Assembly (NCBI GenBank): GCA_944371995.1
Contig: CALVYD010000005.1
Location: 4,844-68,843 of the forward strand
Reading direction: 5' to 3'
Length of the DNA stretch: 64,000 nt
Origin: an uncultured Bacilli bacterium
GTDB taxonomy: Bacteria; Bacillota_I; Bacilli_A; RF39; UBA660
The notes beneath the pieces are model-generated. The model did no database searches and was not told where the DNA came from. It saw only the letters and a program-made list of their open reading frames with translations. This document shows, piece after piece, positions 25,296 to 35,335 of this stretch (positions within the stretch are counted from its first letter, which is position 1; each line of letters starts with the position of its first letter). The position numbers and the translations under genes are program-made.

Positions 25296-25322
25296 TTAGC
25301 ACATTCTATTGACAAGTGCTAA
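25296..25322 (+). promoter_or_regulatory. CIRCE operator 1 (degenerate inner arms), overlapping the -35 box
   Basis: TTAGCACAT-N9-AAGTGCTAA compared with consensus TTAGCACTC-N9-GAGTGCTAA. Confidence 0.8.
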
Positions 25323-25338
25323 CATATTGTCATATAAT
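25309..25338 (+). promoter_or_regulatory. Sigma-A promoter of the hrcA operon
   Basis: TTGACA at 25309-25314, 18-nt spacer, TATAAT at 25333-25338. Confidence 0.75.
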
Positions 25339-25342
25339 ACAA

Positions 25343-25369
25343 TTAGCACTCGTATAATAGTAGTGCTAG
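25343..25369 (+). promoter_or_regulatory. CIRCE operator 2
   Basis: TTAGCACTC-N9-TAGTGCTAG, located just downstream of the -10 box. Confidence 0.85.
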
Positions 25370-25387
25370 CAGTAGGAGGATGATAAT

Positions 25388-26374
25388 ATGTTGACGGATA
25401 GACAATGTAAAGTCTTAAAGTTGATTGTTGAAAAATATATCAAAGATCCAGTTCCAATTGGCTCTAAGACGATATCTAAAACATTGAAATGTTCCAGTGC
25501 AACTGTTAGAAATGAAATGTCTGCCTTAGAAGAGGCAGGACTGCTAGAAAAAACTCATACTTCTTCTGGTAGAGTTCCAAGCGAAGAAGGATATCGTTAT
25601 TATGTCGATCATCTAATGGAACCTAAAAAAATGACCGGAGAAGATATGCTAAAGTTACAAACAGTATTTCATAATCAACAGTTATCTTTATCAGATGTTA
25701 TAGTAAAAAGTTTACAGGTAATTTCTGATATGACTAATTATACTACCGTAGTACTTGGTAGTACATCTCATGAGAATCTTCTAAAACAAATAGAAGTAGT
25801 TCCGATTGATGAAGGTAGTCTAATTGTAATTGTTATTACAGACCGTGGTCACGTAGAGCATAAAAACATTCGCCTGCAAGATGTATCATTAGATGAAGTA
25901 AAGAAAACAGTAAATCTAATTAATAATTTAATTATAGGTACTCCTATTGATGAAGTTAGTGCAAAACTAGAATATGAAGTGAAACCTATTATTGGTAAAT
26001 ATGTAAAGCAACATGAACAACTATATAATGCCTTCTATCATGTATTTAGTGATTTTACAAATCAAGAAGTTAATGTTGTTGGAAAAAATAAGTTTTTAAC
26101 TCAACCTGAATTTAGTAATATTGAAAAAATCAGGTCTGTATTTAATAAACTTGATAATCCAAAACTTCTTCATAAAATTGAAGAAGACGGGGATAACAAT
26201 ATTAAGGTTTATATTGGTAGTGAGAGTAAGATTGATGATGATGTTACCGTAATAAAAACTAGATTTAAAAATGGTAATCAAGAAGGAACACTTGCAATCA
26301 TAGGACCTAAGAGAATGGAATATGATCGTGTTGTTGCGTATCTTGAATACATGAAGGAAAACATAGAAAGGTAG
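25388..26374 (+). CDS. hrcA: Heat-inducible transcription repressor HrcA
   Basis: N-terminal LTDRQCKVLKLIVEKYI..PIGSKTISK winged helix. It sits ahead of grpE-dnaK, with CIRCE elements upstream. Confidence 0.92.
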   Translation: MLTDRQCKVLKLIVEKYIKDPVPIGSKTISKTLKCSSATVRNEMSALEEAGLLEKTHTSSGRVPSEEGYRYYVDHLMEPKKMTGEDMLKLQTVFHNQQLSLSDVIVKSLQVISDMTNYTTVVLGSTSHENLLKQIEVVPIDEGSLIVIVITDRGHVEHKNIRLQDVSLDEVKKTVNLINNLIIGTPIDEVSAKLEYEVKPIIGKYVKQHEQLYNAFYHVFSDFTNQEVNVVGKNKFLTQPEFSNIEKIRSVFNKLDNPKLLHKIEEDGDNNIKVYIGSESKIDDDVTVIKTRFKNGNQEGTLAIIGPKRMEYDRVVAYLEYMKENIER

Positions 26375-26380
26375 GTAGTT

Positions 26381-27016
26381 ATGGAAAACGAAAAAGAGAT
26401 TAAAGAAGAAGAAAAAGAACAGCAACCAGAAGAACAAGTAGAAAAACTAGAAGAAGAAATACCTGTTCCTGCGGGAGCTAGTGAGGATAAAAAATCAAAA
26501 AAAGAAAAGAAAGATAAACATGCTAATTCTAAGTTAAAAGAAGAACAGGAAAAATTATTAGAACAAATTAGCAAACTACAAGAAGAAAATCAAGCGTTAC
26601 TTGAAAAAGTAAAGCTAGCACAAGCAGAAGTAGTTAATTATCGTAAAAGAAAAGATGAAGAAACTCAAAATATGTTAAAGTTTGCTAATCAAGATTTAAT
26701 TACAGAGTTAATTAATGTAGCTGATAATTTTGAGCGAGCAATTAAACTAGATGATAATGATTTAACAGATGAATTATCTAAGTTCTTGGATGGATTTAAA
26801 ATGATGTATGCGAATTTAATGGAGATTCTAAAGAAATTTGGAGTAGAAGAAATTAATCGTGTAGGAGAAGTTTTTAATCCAAACGAGGAACAAGCGTTAA
26901 TGACAGATTCTATCGAAGAGATGGATGATGATGTTGTTACAGAAGTATTATTAAAAGGATATAAATTAAATGGTAGGGTAATACGTCCTGCCTCAGTAAA
27001 AGTTAATAGTAAATAA
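26381..27016 (+). CDS. grpE: Nucleotide exchange factor GrpE
   Basis: Coiled-coil region followed by NYRKRKDEE..DNFERA..G..V.RPA.V, characteristic of GrpE. Confidence 0.92.
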   Translation: MENEKEIKEEEKEQQPEEQVEKLEEEIPVPAGASEDKKSKKEKKDKHANSKLKEEQEKLLEQISKLQEENQALLEKVKLAQAEVVNYRKRKDEETQNMLKFANQDLITELINVADNFERAIKLDDNDLTDELSKFLDGFKMMYANLMEILKKFGVEEINRVGEVFNPNEEQALMTDSIEEMDDDVVTEVLLKGYKLNGRVIRPASVKVNSK

Positions 27017-27030
27017 AGGAGAGATGATAT

Positions 27031-28872
27031 ATGAGTAAAATTATTGGTATCGATTTAGGTACAACAAATTCATGTGCTGCAGTATTGGAAGCTGGTGCTC
27101 CAAAGGTTATTCCAAACCCTGAGGGTAGTAGAACAACTCCATCTGTAGTTGCATTTAAAAAAGGAGAAAGAATTGTTGGTGAAGCTGCAAAAAGACAAGC
27201 TTTAACAAATAAAAATACAGTAATCTCTATTAAGAGAAAAATGGGAACTAGTGAAAAAGTAGAACTAGAAGGAAAAGAATATACACCAGAAGAGATTTCT
27301 GCTATGATTTTAAGTTATATTAAGGACTATGCAGAAAGTTATTTAGGTGAAAAAGTAGATAAAGCAGTTATTACTGTTCCTGCATACTTTAATGATAGTC
27401 AACGTCAAGCTACTAAAAATGCTGGTAAGATTGCTGGTTTGGAAGTTGAACGTATCATCAATGAACCAACAGCAGCAGCCTTAGCTTATGGACTTGAAAA
27501 AGATGAAGGTCAAACTATCTTAGTATATGACTTAGGTGGTGGTACTTTCGATGTATCTATCCTTGAGTTAGGTGATGGTGTATTTGAAGTTAAATCTACA
27601 AATGGTAATAACCATTTAGGTGGAGATGACTTTGATGAGAGAATTATGGACTACTTAGTTAGTGAGTTCAAGAAAGAAAATGGTGTTGACTTATCTAAGG
27701 ATAAGATGGCAATGCAACGTTTGAAGGAAGCTTCTGAAAAAGCTAAGAAAGACTTATCTGGTATGGTATCTACACAAGTATCTGCACCATTTATTGCGAA
27801 AGGTGACGATGGAGAACCTCTACACTTAGATATGACTTTAACTCGTGCTAAATTTGAAGATTTAATTTCTGATTTAGTAGAATCTACTTTGGAACCAGTT
27901 CGTAAAGCATTAAAAGATGCTAATATGACGAAAAAAGATATTGATAAAGTTATTTTAGTAGGTGGATCTACTCGTGTACCTATGGTATATGATTTAATTA
28001 CGAAAGAATTAGGTAAAGAACCATCTCGTGAAGTTAACCCTGATGAAGTTGTTGCCATGGGAGCTGCTATTCAAGGTGGTGTATTAACTGGAGACGTTAA
28101 TGATATCGTATTACTTGATGTTACACCATTATCACTTGGTATTGAAACATTAGGTGGAGTTATGACTACATTAATTCCAAGAAATACAACAATTCCTACT
28201 TCAAAATCAGAAGTATTCTCAACAGCAGCTGATAATCAACCAGCAGTTGATGTACACGTATTACAAGGTGAACGTCCAATGGCAGCTGATAACAAAACAT
28301 TAGGAAGATTCCAATTAGGAAATATTCCACCAGCACCTCGTGGAGTTCCACAAATCGAAGTTAAATTTGATATTGATGCTAATGGTATTGTTAATGTTAC
28401 AGCAAAAGACCTTGGTACAAATAAAGAACAATCTATTACAATTACATCTTCTACAAACTTAACTGATGAAGAAATTGAAAAGATGCGTAAAGAAGCAGAA
28501 GAAAACAAAGAAGCTGATGAAAAACGTAAGGAACAAGCAGAAGCTAAGAATGAAGCTGAGCAATTAGTATTCCAAACTGAAAAAGCAATTAAAGATCTTG
28601 GAGATAAAGCAGATAAGAAAGAAGTAGAAGAAGCTGAAGACTTAATTAAAGACTTAAAGAAAGCTCTTGAAAAAGATGATATGGATGATATCAAGAAATA
28701 TAAAGAAAAATTACAAGAAAAAGCTATGAGTCTTGCTTCAAAAGTATATGAACAAGCAGCAAAAGAAAGAGAACAACAAGAAAATAAAGAAGAAAAAGAA
28801 GAGAAAAAAGATAAGAAAAAAGATAAAAAATCTGATGATGATGTTCAAGAAGCAGATATCGAAGAAGAATAG
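27031..28872 (+). CDS. dnaK: Molecular chaperone DnaK (Hsp70)
   Basis: [18 protein letters not shown] and [11 protein letters not shown]sp70 signatures. Confidence 0.98.
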   Translation: MSKIIGIDLGTTNSCAAVLEAGAPKVIPNPEGSRTTPSVVAFKKGERIVGEAAKRQALTNKNTVISIKRKMGTSEKVELEGKEYTPEEISAMILSYIKDYAESYLGEKVDKAVITVPAYFNDSQRQATKNAGKIAGLEVERIINEPTAAALAYGLEKDEGQTILVYDLGGGTFDVSILELGDGVFEVKSTNGNNHLGGDDFDERIMDYLVSEFKKENGVDLSKDKMAMQRLKEASEKAKKDLSGMVSTQVSAPFIAKGDDGEPLHLDMTLTRAKFEDLISDLVESTLEPVRKALKDANMTKKDIDKVILVGGSTRVPMVYDLITKELGKEPSREVNPDEVVAMGAAIQGGVLTGDVNDIVLLDVTPLSLGIETLGGVMTTLIPRNTTIPTSKSEVFSTAADNQPAVDVHVLQGERPMAADNKTLGRFQLGNIPPAPRGVPQIEVKFDIDANGIVNVTAKDLGTNKEQSITITSSTNLTDEEIEKMRKEAEENKEADEKRKEQAEAKNEAEQLVFQTEKAIKDLGDKADKKEVEEAEDLIKDLKKALEKDDMDDIKKYKEKLQEKAMSLASKVYEQAAKEREQQENKEEKEEKKDKKKDKKSDDDVQEADIEEE

Positions 28873-28875
28873 TAC

Positions 28876-28906
28876 AAGTAGTCCTTCGGGACTACTTACT
28901 TTTCTG
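28876..28906 (+). terminator. Strong rho-independent terminator directly after dnaK
   Basis: Stem aagtagtcc / ggactactt with a ttcg tetraloop, then a T-rich tail. Confidence 0.8.
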
Positions 28907-28929
28907 AATATATAAAAAAGGAGAAAATA

Positions 28930-30726
28930 ATGGAAAAAGTCTTAGAACGAAGTGAAGTAAAAAAAGAAGATACCTGGGATGTAGAAAGTATATATGGAAG
29001 TATAAAAGATTGGCAAGAAGATTATGAAGACTGTAGAAGTAAAATAACTTATCTAGAAGAACAAAAAGATTCCTTTTTAAAGGATAGCAAACACTTTAAA
29101 GATTTTATATTACTATCAGATAAAGTAGAGCGACAACTAGAAAAAATTTATGTATATGCTAGTCTAAAAAACAATGAGGATACAGCAAATACAAAATATC
29201 AAGAATTACTTGGACAAGGATTAAATCTATATCAAGAATATGATGAAAAAACAAACTTCGTAGTACCATTAATTTTAAAAGAAGATAAAAAGAAAATTGA
29301 AAGTTTTATAGATAGTGAAGAAGAGTTAACTCCATTTCGTCATACGATAGAAGATATATTAAGATATCAAGGACATAACTTATCAGAAGTAGAAGAAAAA
29401 GTAATTGCTGCATATAATACAGTGTTAACTTCTGCTAGTAAAACAGCGGATATGTTAATGGATGCTGATATGCGTTTTGGTAATATCAAAGACGAAGATG
29501 GTAGGGAAGTAGAACTAACACAAAGCAATTATGGTATCTATATTCGTAGTAATGATAGAAGAGTAAGAAAAGATGCTTTTGAAAAAATACATCAAGTATT
29601 TGGAAGTTTTAAAAACACCCTAACTTCTACTTTAGAAAGTACTATAAAATGTAATAGTACTACTGCTAGATTAAAGAACTTTCATAGTTCACTAGAACTT
29701 TCTTTATTTATAAATAATATACCTGACTCTCTTTATCATAATTTAATTAGTGTAGTACATAATAATCTAGAACCATTATATAAATATTTTAATATTAAGA
29801 AGAAAAAACTTGGCCTAAAAGAATTTCATCTATATGATGGTTATGTATCAACAGTTACCGATATTAGCAAAAAATATTCTTTTGAAGAAGGTAAACAGTT
29901 AGTAATTAATGCTTTATCCGTATTAGGAGAAGATTATATAGAAACATTAAAGAAAGCATTTACCGAAAGATGGATTGATATTTATCCTAATAGAGGAAAA
30001 ACATCAGGAGCTTATTCTTCAGGTACTTATGATACCAAACCATTTGTATTATTAAATTATACGGGAGATTATAATGATGTATCTACTCTTGCTCATGAGT
30101 TAGGACATTCTATGCATAGTTACTTATCAAATACTCATAATGATCATACCAATGCAGGTTATCCTATCTTTCTAGCAGAGATTGCATCTACGGTAAATGA
30201 ATTACTATTATCTTATTATATGGAACATCATGCAAGTACCAAGGAAGAAAAACTTGCTATCTTAAACGAAAGACTAGATATATTTAAAGCAACAATTTAT
30301 CGTCAGACTATGTTTGCTGAGTTTGAATTCTATATACATGATGCTGTAGATAAAGGTGAAGTATTAACTGCTGAGAAATTATGTGATAAATATTATGAAT
30401 TAAACAAGTTATATTTTGGTGATGATGTAGTAGTGGATGATGATATTCGTTATGAATGGTTAAGAATACCTCATTTTTATAGACCATTCTATGTATATCA
30501 ATATGCAACAGGACTATCTATCGCAAGTTATATTGCCAAAAATATTTTAGAGGAAAAAGAGGGATTCCGTGATAAATATTTAGAGTTTTTATCTTCTGGT
30601 GGCAAAGACGATCCATTAGAAATATTAAAAATAATCAATGTTGATTTAACAGATACAAAAGTATTAGAAGAATCTTTAACAATGTTTAAAGAGACAGTAG
30701 ATACCTTTGAACAACTACAAAGTTAA
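28930..30726 (+). CDS. pepF: Oligoendopeptidase F (M3B family)
   Basis: The HELGHSMHS zinc motif with downstream FLAEIASTVNE Glu ligand. Length and N-terminal pattern fit PepF. Confidence 0.88.
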   Translation: MEKVLERSEVKKEDTWDVESIYGSIKDWQEDYEDCRSKITYLEEQKDSFLKDSKHFKDFILLSDKVERQLEKIYVYASLKNNEDTANTKYQELLGQGLNLYQEYDEKTNFVVPLILKEDKKKIESFIDSEEELTPFRHTIEDILRYQGHNLSEVEEKVIAAYNTVLTSASKTADMLMDADMRFGNIKDEDGREVELTQSNYGIYIRSNDRRVRKDAFEKIHQVFGSFKNTLTSTLESTIKCNSTTARLKNFHSSLELSLFINNIPDSLYHNLISVVHNNLEPLYKYFNIKKKKLGLKEFHLYDGYVSTVTDISKKYSFEEGKQLVINALSVLGEDYIETLKKAFTERWIDIYPNRGKTSGAYSSGTYDTKPFVLLNYTGDYNDVSTLAHELGHSMHSYLSNTHNDHTNAGYPIFLAEIASTVNELLLSYYMEHHASTKEEKLAILNERLDIFKATIYRQTMFAEFEFYIHDAVDKGEVLTAEKLCDKYYELNKLYFGDDVVVDDDIRYEWLRIPHFYRPFYVYQYATGLSIASYIAKNILEEKEGFRDKYLEFLSSGGKDDPLEILKIINVDLTDTKVLEESLTMFKETVDTFEQLQS

Positions 30727-30742
30727 GTAAGGAAGTGATAAA

Positions 30743-31897
30743 ATGGCTGAAAAGCGTGATTATTACGAGGTACTTGGTGTAAGTAAAAATGCTACACAGG
30801 ATGAAATTAAAAGTGCCTTTCGTAAAAAAGCTAAACAGTATCATCCAGATTTAAACAAGGATAATCCTGATGCTGCAGAAAAATTTAAAGAAGCACAGGA
30901 AGCATATTCTGTTCTATCTGATGAGCAAAAAAGAAAAATGTATGATCAATATGGTCATGCTGGAGTAGGCAATGGTCCAAGAGGTGCAGGAGGTTATTCT
31001 TATCAAGGATTTGATGCTTCCGACTTTGATTTTGGAGATATCTTTGATTCTATCTTCGGTGGTTCTTCTGGATTCTCTGGCTTCGGTTTTGGAGGAAGTT
31101 CTTCTAGTGCAGGACATGGTACTAGAGCCCGTCGTGGTAGCGATGTTTTAATGAGAATGAACTTAGACTTCGAGGAAGCAGTATTTGGATGCGAGAAAAA
31201 GTTTGATTTAGACGTAGTGGAAGACTGTGAAGAGTGTGATGGTAAAGGTGGATTCGATGAAGAAAAATGTTCTACTTGTCATGGAAGTGGTACTATCACC
31301 TCAGAACAGCATACGATTCTAGGATCTTTCCTATCTAAGACAACTTGTCCAGATTGTGGAGGAACAGGACGTACCTTCAAGAGAAAATGTACGCATTGTA
31401 AAGGTAAAGGAAAAATCAAGAAAAATAAAACACTTACTATCAATATTCCAGCAGGCATCGCAACAGGAGATCGCTTGCGTGTCTCAGGAAAAGGAAATCC
31501 TGGTACGAATAGGGGAGAAAATGGAGACTTATATCTAGAATTTGTAGTTGAGGAACACGATGTATTTATAAGACAAGATGATGACATCTACGTAGAAGTT
31601 CCACTTACTTTAACAGAAGCAATCATGGGATGCAAAAAAGAAATTCCAACACTTTACGGTAATGTTAAGATTAATATTTTACCAGGAACTAATAGTGGAG
31701 ATAAACAACGTATCCGTGGTAAAGGAGTAGACAATAAATATCGTAAGAGAAAAGGTGATATGTATGTCATATTTAAAGTATACACTCCAAAGAAACTTTC
31801 TCGTGAACAAAAAAGCTTAATTGAAAAGCTTGCTAAAACAGAAATGGATACTCCAGAAATAAAAGAGTTTAATAGATTTGTAAAAAATAATGACTAA
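30743..31897 (+). CDS. dnaJ: Co-chaperone DnaJ
   Basis: J-domain with HPD, a Gly/Phe-rich linker and four CxxCxGxG zinc-finger repeats. Confidence 0.97.
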   Translation: MAEKRDYYEVLGVSKNATQDEIKSAFRKKAKQYHPDLNKDNPDAAEKFKEAQEAYSVLSDEQKRKMYDQYGHAGVGNGPRGAGGYSYQGFDASDFDFGDIFDSIFGGSSGFSGFGFGGSSSSAGHGTRARRGSDVLMRMNLDFEEAVFGCEKKFDLDVVEDCEECDGKGGFDEEKCSTCHGSGTITSEQHTILGSFLSKTTCPDCGGTGRTFKRKCTHCKGKGKIKKNKTLTINIPAGIATGDRLRVSGKGNPGTNRGENGDLYLEFVVEEHDVFIRQDDDIYVEVPLTLTEAIMGCKKEIPTLYGNVKINILPGTNSGDKQRIRGKGVDNKYRKRKGDMYVIFKVYTPKKLSREQKSLIEKLAKTEMDTPEIKEFNRFVKNND

Positions 31898-31902
31898 ATG
31901 CT

Positions 31903-31934
31903 AAACTGTGAACCAGATTCACAGTTTTTCTTTG
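31903..31934 (+). terminator. Rho-independent terminator after dnaJ
   Basis: Stem aaactgtgaa / ttcacagttt with a 5-nt loop, then a T-run. Confidence 0.8.
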
Positions 31935-31994
31935 CTAACGAAGTATGGTATAATGATATTACAAAATGTTCTTACATATATTAGGAGGAAGTCT

Positions 31995-34547
31995 ATGAAT
32001 GACCAAAACACGATTATTGAACTTTCAAAAATGTCTTTAGGAGAATTTATAAAAAAGTTAAATTCTATGACGTCAGAAGAACAGAAAGAATTATTAAACA
32101 ATCCATATTTAGATGAACTAAATCCAGTAATATTTTCTTCTTTCTTTTTACAACTACCGCCAGAGGAAGCTAAACAAATACTTAATAATCCCAAAATTTA
32201 TCATAAAGTATTAACATCTCCAAAAAACAAAAAGAAAAGAAATATTCTAAATATTGTAGGAGAGAATAACTTTGACTTATTAAAACACATTTTTGAAAGT
32301 GACTATTTTTCATCATATAAAGAACAATTCTATGATTATATAGATTCTATTTCTTATGAGAGTTTCCAAAAAATATTAGAAAGTGTGAATCTTACCAAAA
32401 TAACTGACGCCATATTTAAAGAAAAAAGTGTTGAAGAATTAGAAAATTTAACTGGTATAGGTAATTTAAACCCTGAAATCACAACTTCATTTCTTCAAAA
32501 AGTAAAGATGCATCAATTAAATCCCTTAGGTATCCTAAAGATAAAAAATGAAAAAGAATTATTGATTTATACAAAATTTTCTCAATTAGTTCCAGTAGCA
32601 AGTGATTTAGAAGAAATCACGCTAAAAAATGGTACTGTCTTACCATATCAAAATATTTTAGAATTAAAAGAAGGTAAAGTAAACAAATTAATTCAATTAT
32701 TAAAAGCAAAAGGAAATTCTACACCTGAAGAATTATTAGAAGTAGGATTAAAACTATATTATATTTTTGGTTATGATGATGCTAGAAAAATTATTATGGA
32801 TAAATTTACGAATATGACTCCTAGCGCCATAATAAGAATTACAGATTTTAATTTTAAAGATCATCGAAGAGAATATCGTACTAAGCACCAAGAACGATTT
32901 TATCATCATGGAATAGAAGAAGAGCTTCTACTAGCCCTAGAAAGAGAAAATCATCAATTCTTTTCTAATCTTTTGTATGAAGCAAATGCATTAGAGATTG
33001 ATGAGTTAGAAAAATATTTTTTAAATATTGTTTCGACATATAAAAACTCTCCTGAATTAAAAGAGGTAATACAAGGAAAAATATTAGAGTTAATTAATCA
33101 AAGAGAAGCTAAAGCAAAAGAGAACTATACGAAAGACAAAGCAGAAAAGCTATCAACTCGTATACCTCATGAGTTATCGGTAAAAGAGTTAAAAGAACTA
33201 TTCCATGACGTATCTTTAGTATATTTATTAAAAAATTATGACCAGAAAACAATTTCTAACTTACAACAATTTTTATTAGGTAATAGAAAAGAAAATAATG
33301 ATTGTATCCTACGTTTAATTATTAATCAGGAAGCACTAGGACTAAATCAAATGTTAGGAACATTAATAAACAAATATGACGTAATAGAATCTGTTGCTAG
33401 AAAAAATAAATTATCTTTAAACTCAATATTAGATGTAATAGATATAGTAAAAACTAGTTTCTTTTCATTAAAGCCAAATGAGCAAGATATATTTTTATCA
33501 ACGATTGCTAAAATAATATCATCAAAAGAGTATTGTAATGGCAAAAGTGAAGAAGAAATTCTAAAAGAAACATTAAAATTACATGTAGAGAGAAAAAATA
33601 AAGTTTATGCATCAATTCCCATGGTTACTGGAGAAGATAGTGGTTTTTCCTATCAAGTTGCACCTTTTGATGCAGAATATTTATTAGCAGCAGGAGTAGA
33701 CTCTAAAAACTGTTTTCGTATATCTGGTAAAGGAGAAGATTTTTTTAGGTATTGCCTAACTAGTAATCAAGCAGTGATTATGTATTTTAACAATACCAAG
33801 ACTGAACATACTTATGTTTGCCCTATAGTAAGAAGTGGAAATGGAATTCATTGTAATGGAATAGATCCTGAACTTCCTAAAGAAGAGCAAGATGACTTTT
33901 TCAAAGCTTTTTCTAAGGCAATGGAACAAATAATTAATATAAGTAGTGAAAATAGTATTCCAGGCCAACAAATAGAAGTAGCGACAACAACAGATTTACA
34001 TCTAACAGAATATTTTGCAAATGGACCATACACAAAATATGAACTAGGAACCTATATACCAATTGATAAATATTGCTATACAGACTATAATAAAAAAGAA
34101 AAAACACATTATATTATATCTAAAAGTAGTACTTATCAAGAAAATAAATATTATTTGTCAGATGACAAATTTTATCAGGCAAGAAGAGCAGATTATGAAT
34201 TTAATATTGATAAAGAATATGATAAGGAGCGCCTATCATTAATAGTAAATTCTATTGCATATTCTGCAATTGATTATAAAAATATATCTACTACCAAGAA
34301 AAATAAAGAAAAACGAAATTTTAAACCAATCGATGTTAATACGTTTCAATATATTGTTGGAAATAAAGATTGGTATGTTGCAATTGATAATCAGTTTAAT
34401 ATTTTAGCAAATCTACTACCTTATGATGAGAGAGCAAAAAAAGATTATATTAGGCATTTAGCACAAGCACCATTATTAATTGAAAATATGGAAAAAGAGG
34501 AGAAAAGTAATGGAATTAATCGGGAAAATTTATCAAAAAATAAATAA
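31995..34547 (+). CDS. Large (850 aa) cytoplasmic orphan protein
   Basis: The track ORF starts at 31908 inside the dnaJ terminator. ATG 31995, preceded by RBS aggagga, is preferred. No signal peptide, TM or known motif recognised. Confidence 0.7.
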   Translation: MNDQNTIIELSKMSLGEFIKKLNSMTSEEQKELLNNPYLDELNPVIFSSFFLQLPPEEAKQILNNPKIYHKVLTSPKNKKKRNILNIVGENNFDLLKHIFESDYFSSYKEQFYDYIDSISYESFQKILESVNLTKITDAIFKEKSVEELENLTGIGNLNPEITTSFLQKVKMHQLNPLGILKIKNEKELLIYTKFSQLVPVASDLEEITLKNGTVLPYQNILELKEGKVNKLIQLLKAKGNSTPEELLEVGLKLYYIFGYDDARKIIMDKFTNMTPSAIIRITDFNFKDHRREYRTKHQERFYHHGIEEELLLALERENHQFFSNLLYEANALEIDELEKYFLNIVSTYKNSPELKEVIQGKILELINQREAKAKENYTKDKAEKLSTRIPHELSVKELKELFHDVSLVYLLKNYDQKTISNLQQFLLGNRKENNDCILRLIINQEALGLNQMLGTLINKYDVIESVARKNKLSLNSILDVIDIVKTSFFSLKPNEQDIFLSTIAKIISSKEYCNGKSEEEILKETLKLHVERKNKVYASIPMVTGEDSGFSYQVAPFDAEYLLAAGVDSKNCFRISGKGEDFFRYCLTSNQAVIMYFNNTKTEHTYVCPIVRSGNGIHCNGIDPELPKEEQDDFFKAFSKAMEQIINISSENSIPGQQIEVATTTDLHLTEYFANGPYTKYELGTYIPIDKYCYTDYNKKEKTHYIISKSSTYQENKYYLSDDKFYQARRADYEFNIDKEYDKERLSLIVNSIAYSAIDYKNISTTKKNKEKRNFKPIDVNTFQYIVGNKDWYVAIDNQFNILANLLPYDERAKKDYIRHLAQAPLLIENMEKEEKSNGINRENLSKNK

Positions 34548-34713
34548 TAGTAGTGGTTATATTTTAGGAGAAGATGGAAATTTATATTTATATTTTTGTT
34601 ATGACTTTTTAGAAGAAATGGAAAACGAAATAGGACAAATGGTCTTTTTTAAAAAAGAAAACGGTAAAATATTAAGGGCTACTTATATTTCTAAATTTAG
34701 CACGGAAAATTAA
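34510..34713 (+). CDS. Small (67 aa) protein, possibly OB/cold-shock-domain-like
   Basis: RBS gaggaga, then ATG 34510. It overlaps the upstream gene by 38 nt. GKIYQKINNSSGYILGEDGNLYLYF..GQMVFF..RA loosely follows a CSD-like pattern. Confidence 0.5.
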   Translation: MELIGKIYQKINNSSGYILGEDGNLYLYFCYDFLEEMENEIGQMVFFKKENGKILRATYISKFSTEN

Positions 34714-34742
34714 AAACTAAAAGTGGGATAAGGAGAATGATT

Positions 34743-35269
34743 ATGCCAAAGGATAATAATCTGTTCATAGAAAACTGTTTAATAATAATTAATGAAGATG
34801 GAACCGTAACAAAAGTACCTAGAGTATTACAAGAACGAAATCATAGAAATGCTTTTTTAGGTTAAATAAAGAAAATCCTTCTGCTTTAACTTATTTTCCC
34901 TGGGAAGAACTTTATCATTGTGATGGATATGAATTTGCGAATTATGTAGCTGCAAATGGAAAAGTTGTTTTTTGGCCATCCGATATAAACAATCCTGAAA
35001 ATATGATTGTAACATTACCACAAGTGCCAGAAAATATACAAGGTAGACAAGTTGAAAATATCTTTCCAGCACTAGAAGAATTTTCTGTTTATGCTTGTAC
35101 TGCACATTTTAGGAAACCTCGTTCACCTAAAATTGTTACCACACCATTATGTTCTTCTGGTGATTTTGAAGAAACATATAACAAAGTAAAAAACTATTTA
35201 AGCATATCAGCTATGTTAAATGAACCAGAACATATTGAAAATGTAAATCTAGTAGGTAAGGCAAAATAA
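34743..35269 (+). pseudogene. Orphan gene split by a -1 frameshift at a T6 tract (frame-0 part 34743-34865, -1 part 34847-35269)
   Basis: Strong RBS aaggaga. The 40-codon frame-0 ORF ends 4 nt after T TTT TTA (34853-34859). The -1 frame is open from 34847 to 35269 with no credible start of its own upstream of Met 35003. Confidence 0.6.
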
Positions 35270-35287
35270 AAGGATATCAAAGTGTTC

Positions 35288-35315
35288 TTGACATTTTGAT
35301 ATTTTTCTTTATAAT
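35288..35315 (+). promoter_or_regulatory. Sigma-A promoter for the transglutaminase-like gene
   Basis: TTGACA at 35288-35293, 16-nt spacer, TATAAT at 35310-35315. Confidence 0.6.
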
Positions 35316-35335
35316 ATATTAAAAATTAGAAAGAG

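Noticed and set aside
28733-28915. An alternative-frame Lys-rich ORF at the 3' end of dnaK, and large antisense ORFs at 27651-28058 and 28236-28694.
   Set aside because: They lie within the unambiguous dnaK reading frame. They arise from low-complexity Lys/Glu codon runs and lack translation signals.
31908-31994. The track start (31908) for the 879-aa ORF.
   Set aside because: That start lies inside the dnaJ terminator hairpin and has no RBS. ATG 31995 is preceded by aggagga at ideal spacing.
35003-35269. The track ORF treated as an independent 88-aa gene starting at Met 35003.
   Set aside because: The frame is open for a further 52 codons upstream, back to 34847, with no RBS before 35003. 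The upstream 40-codon ORF, which has a strong RBS, abuts it at a slippery T-tract. It is treated as one frameshifted gene.
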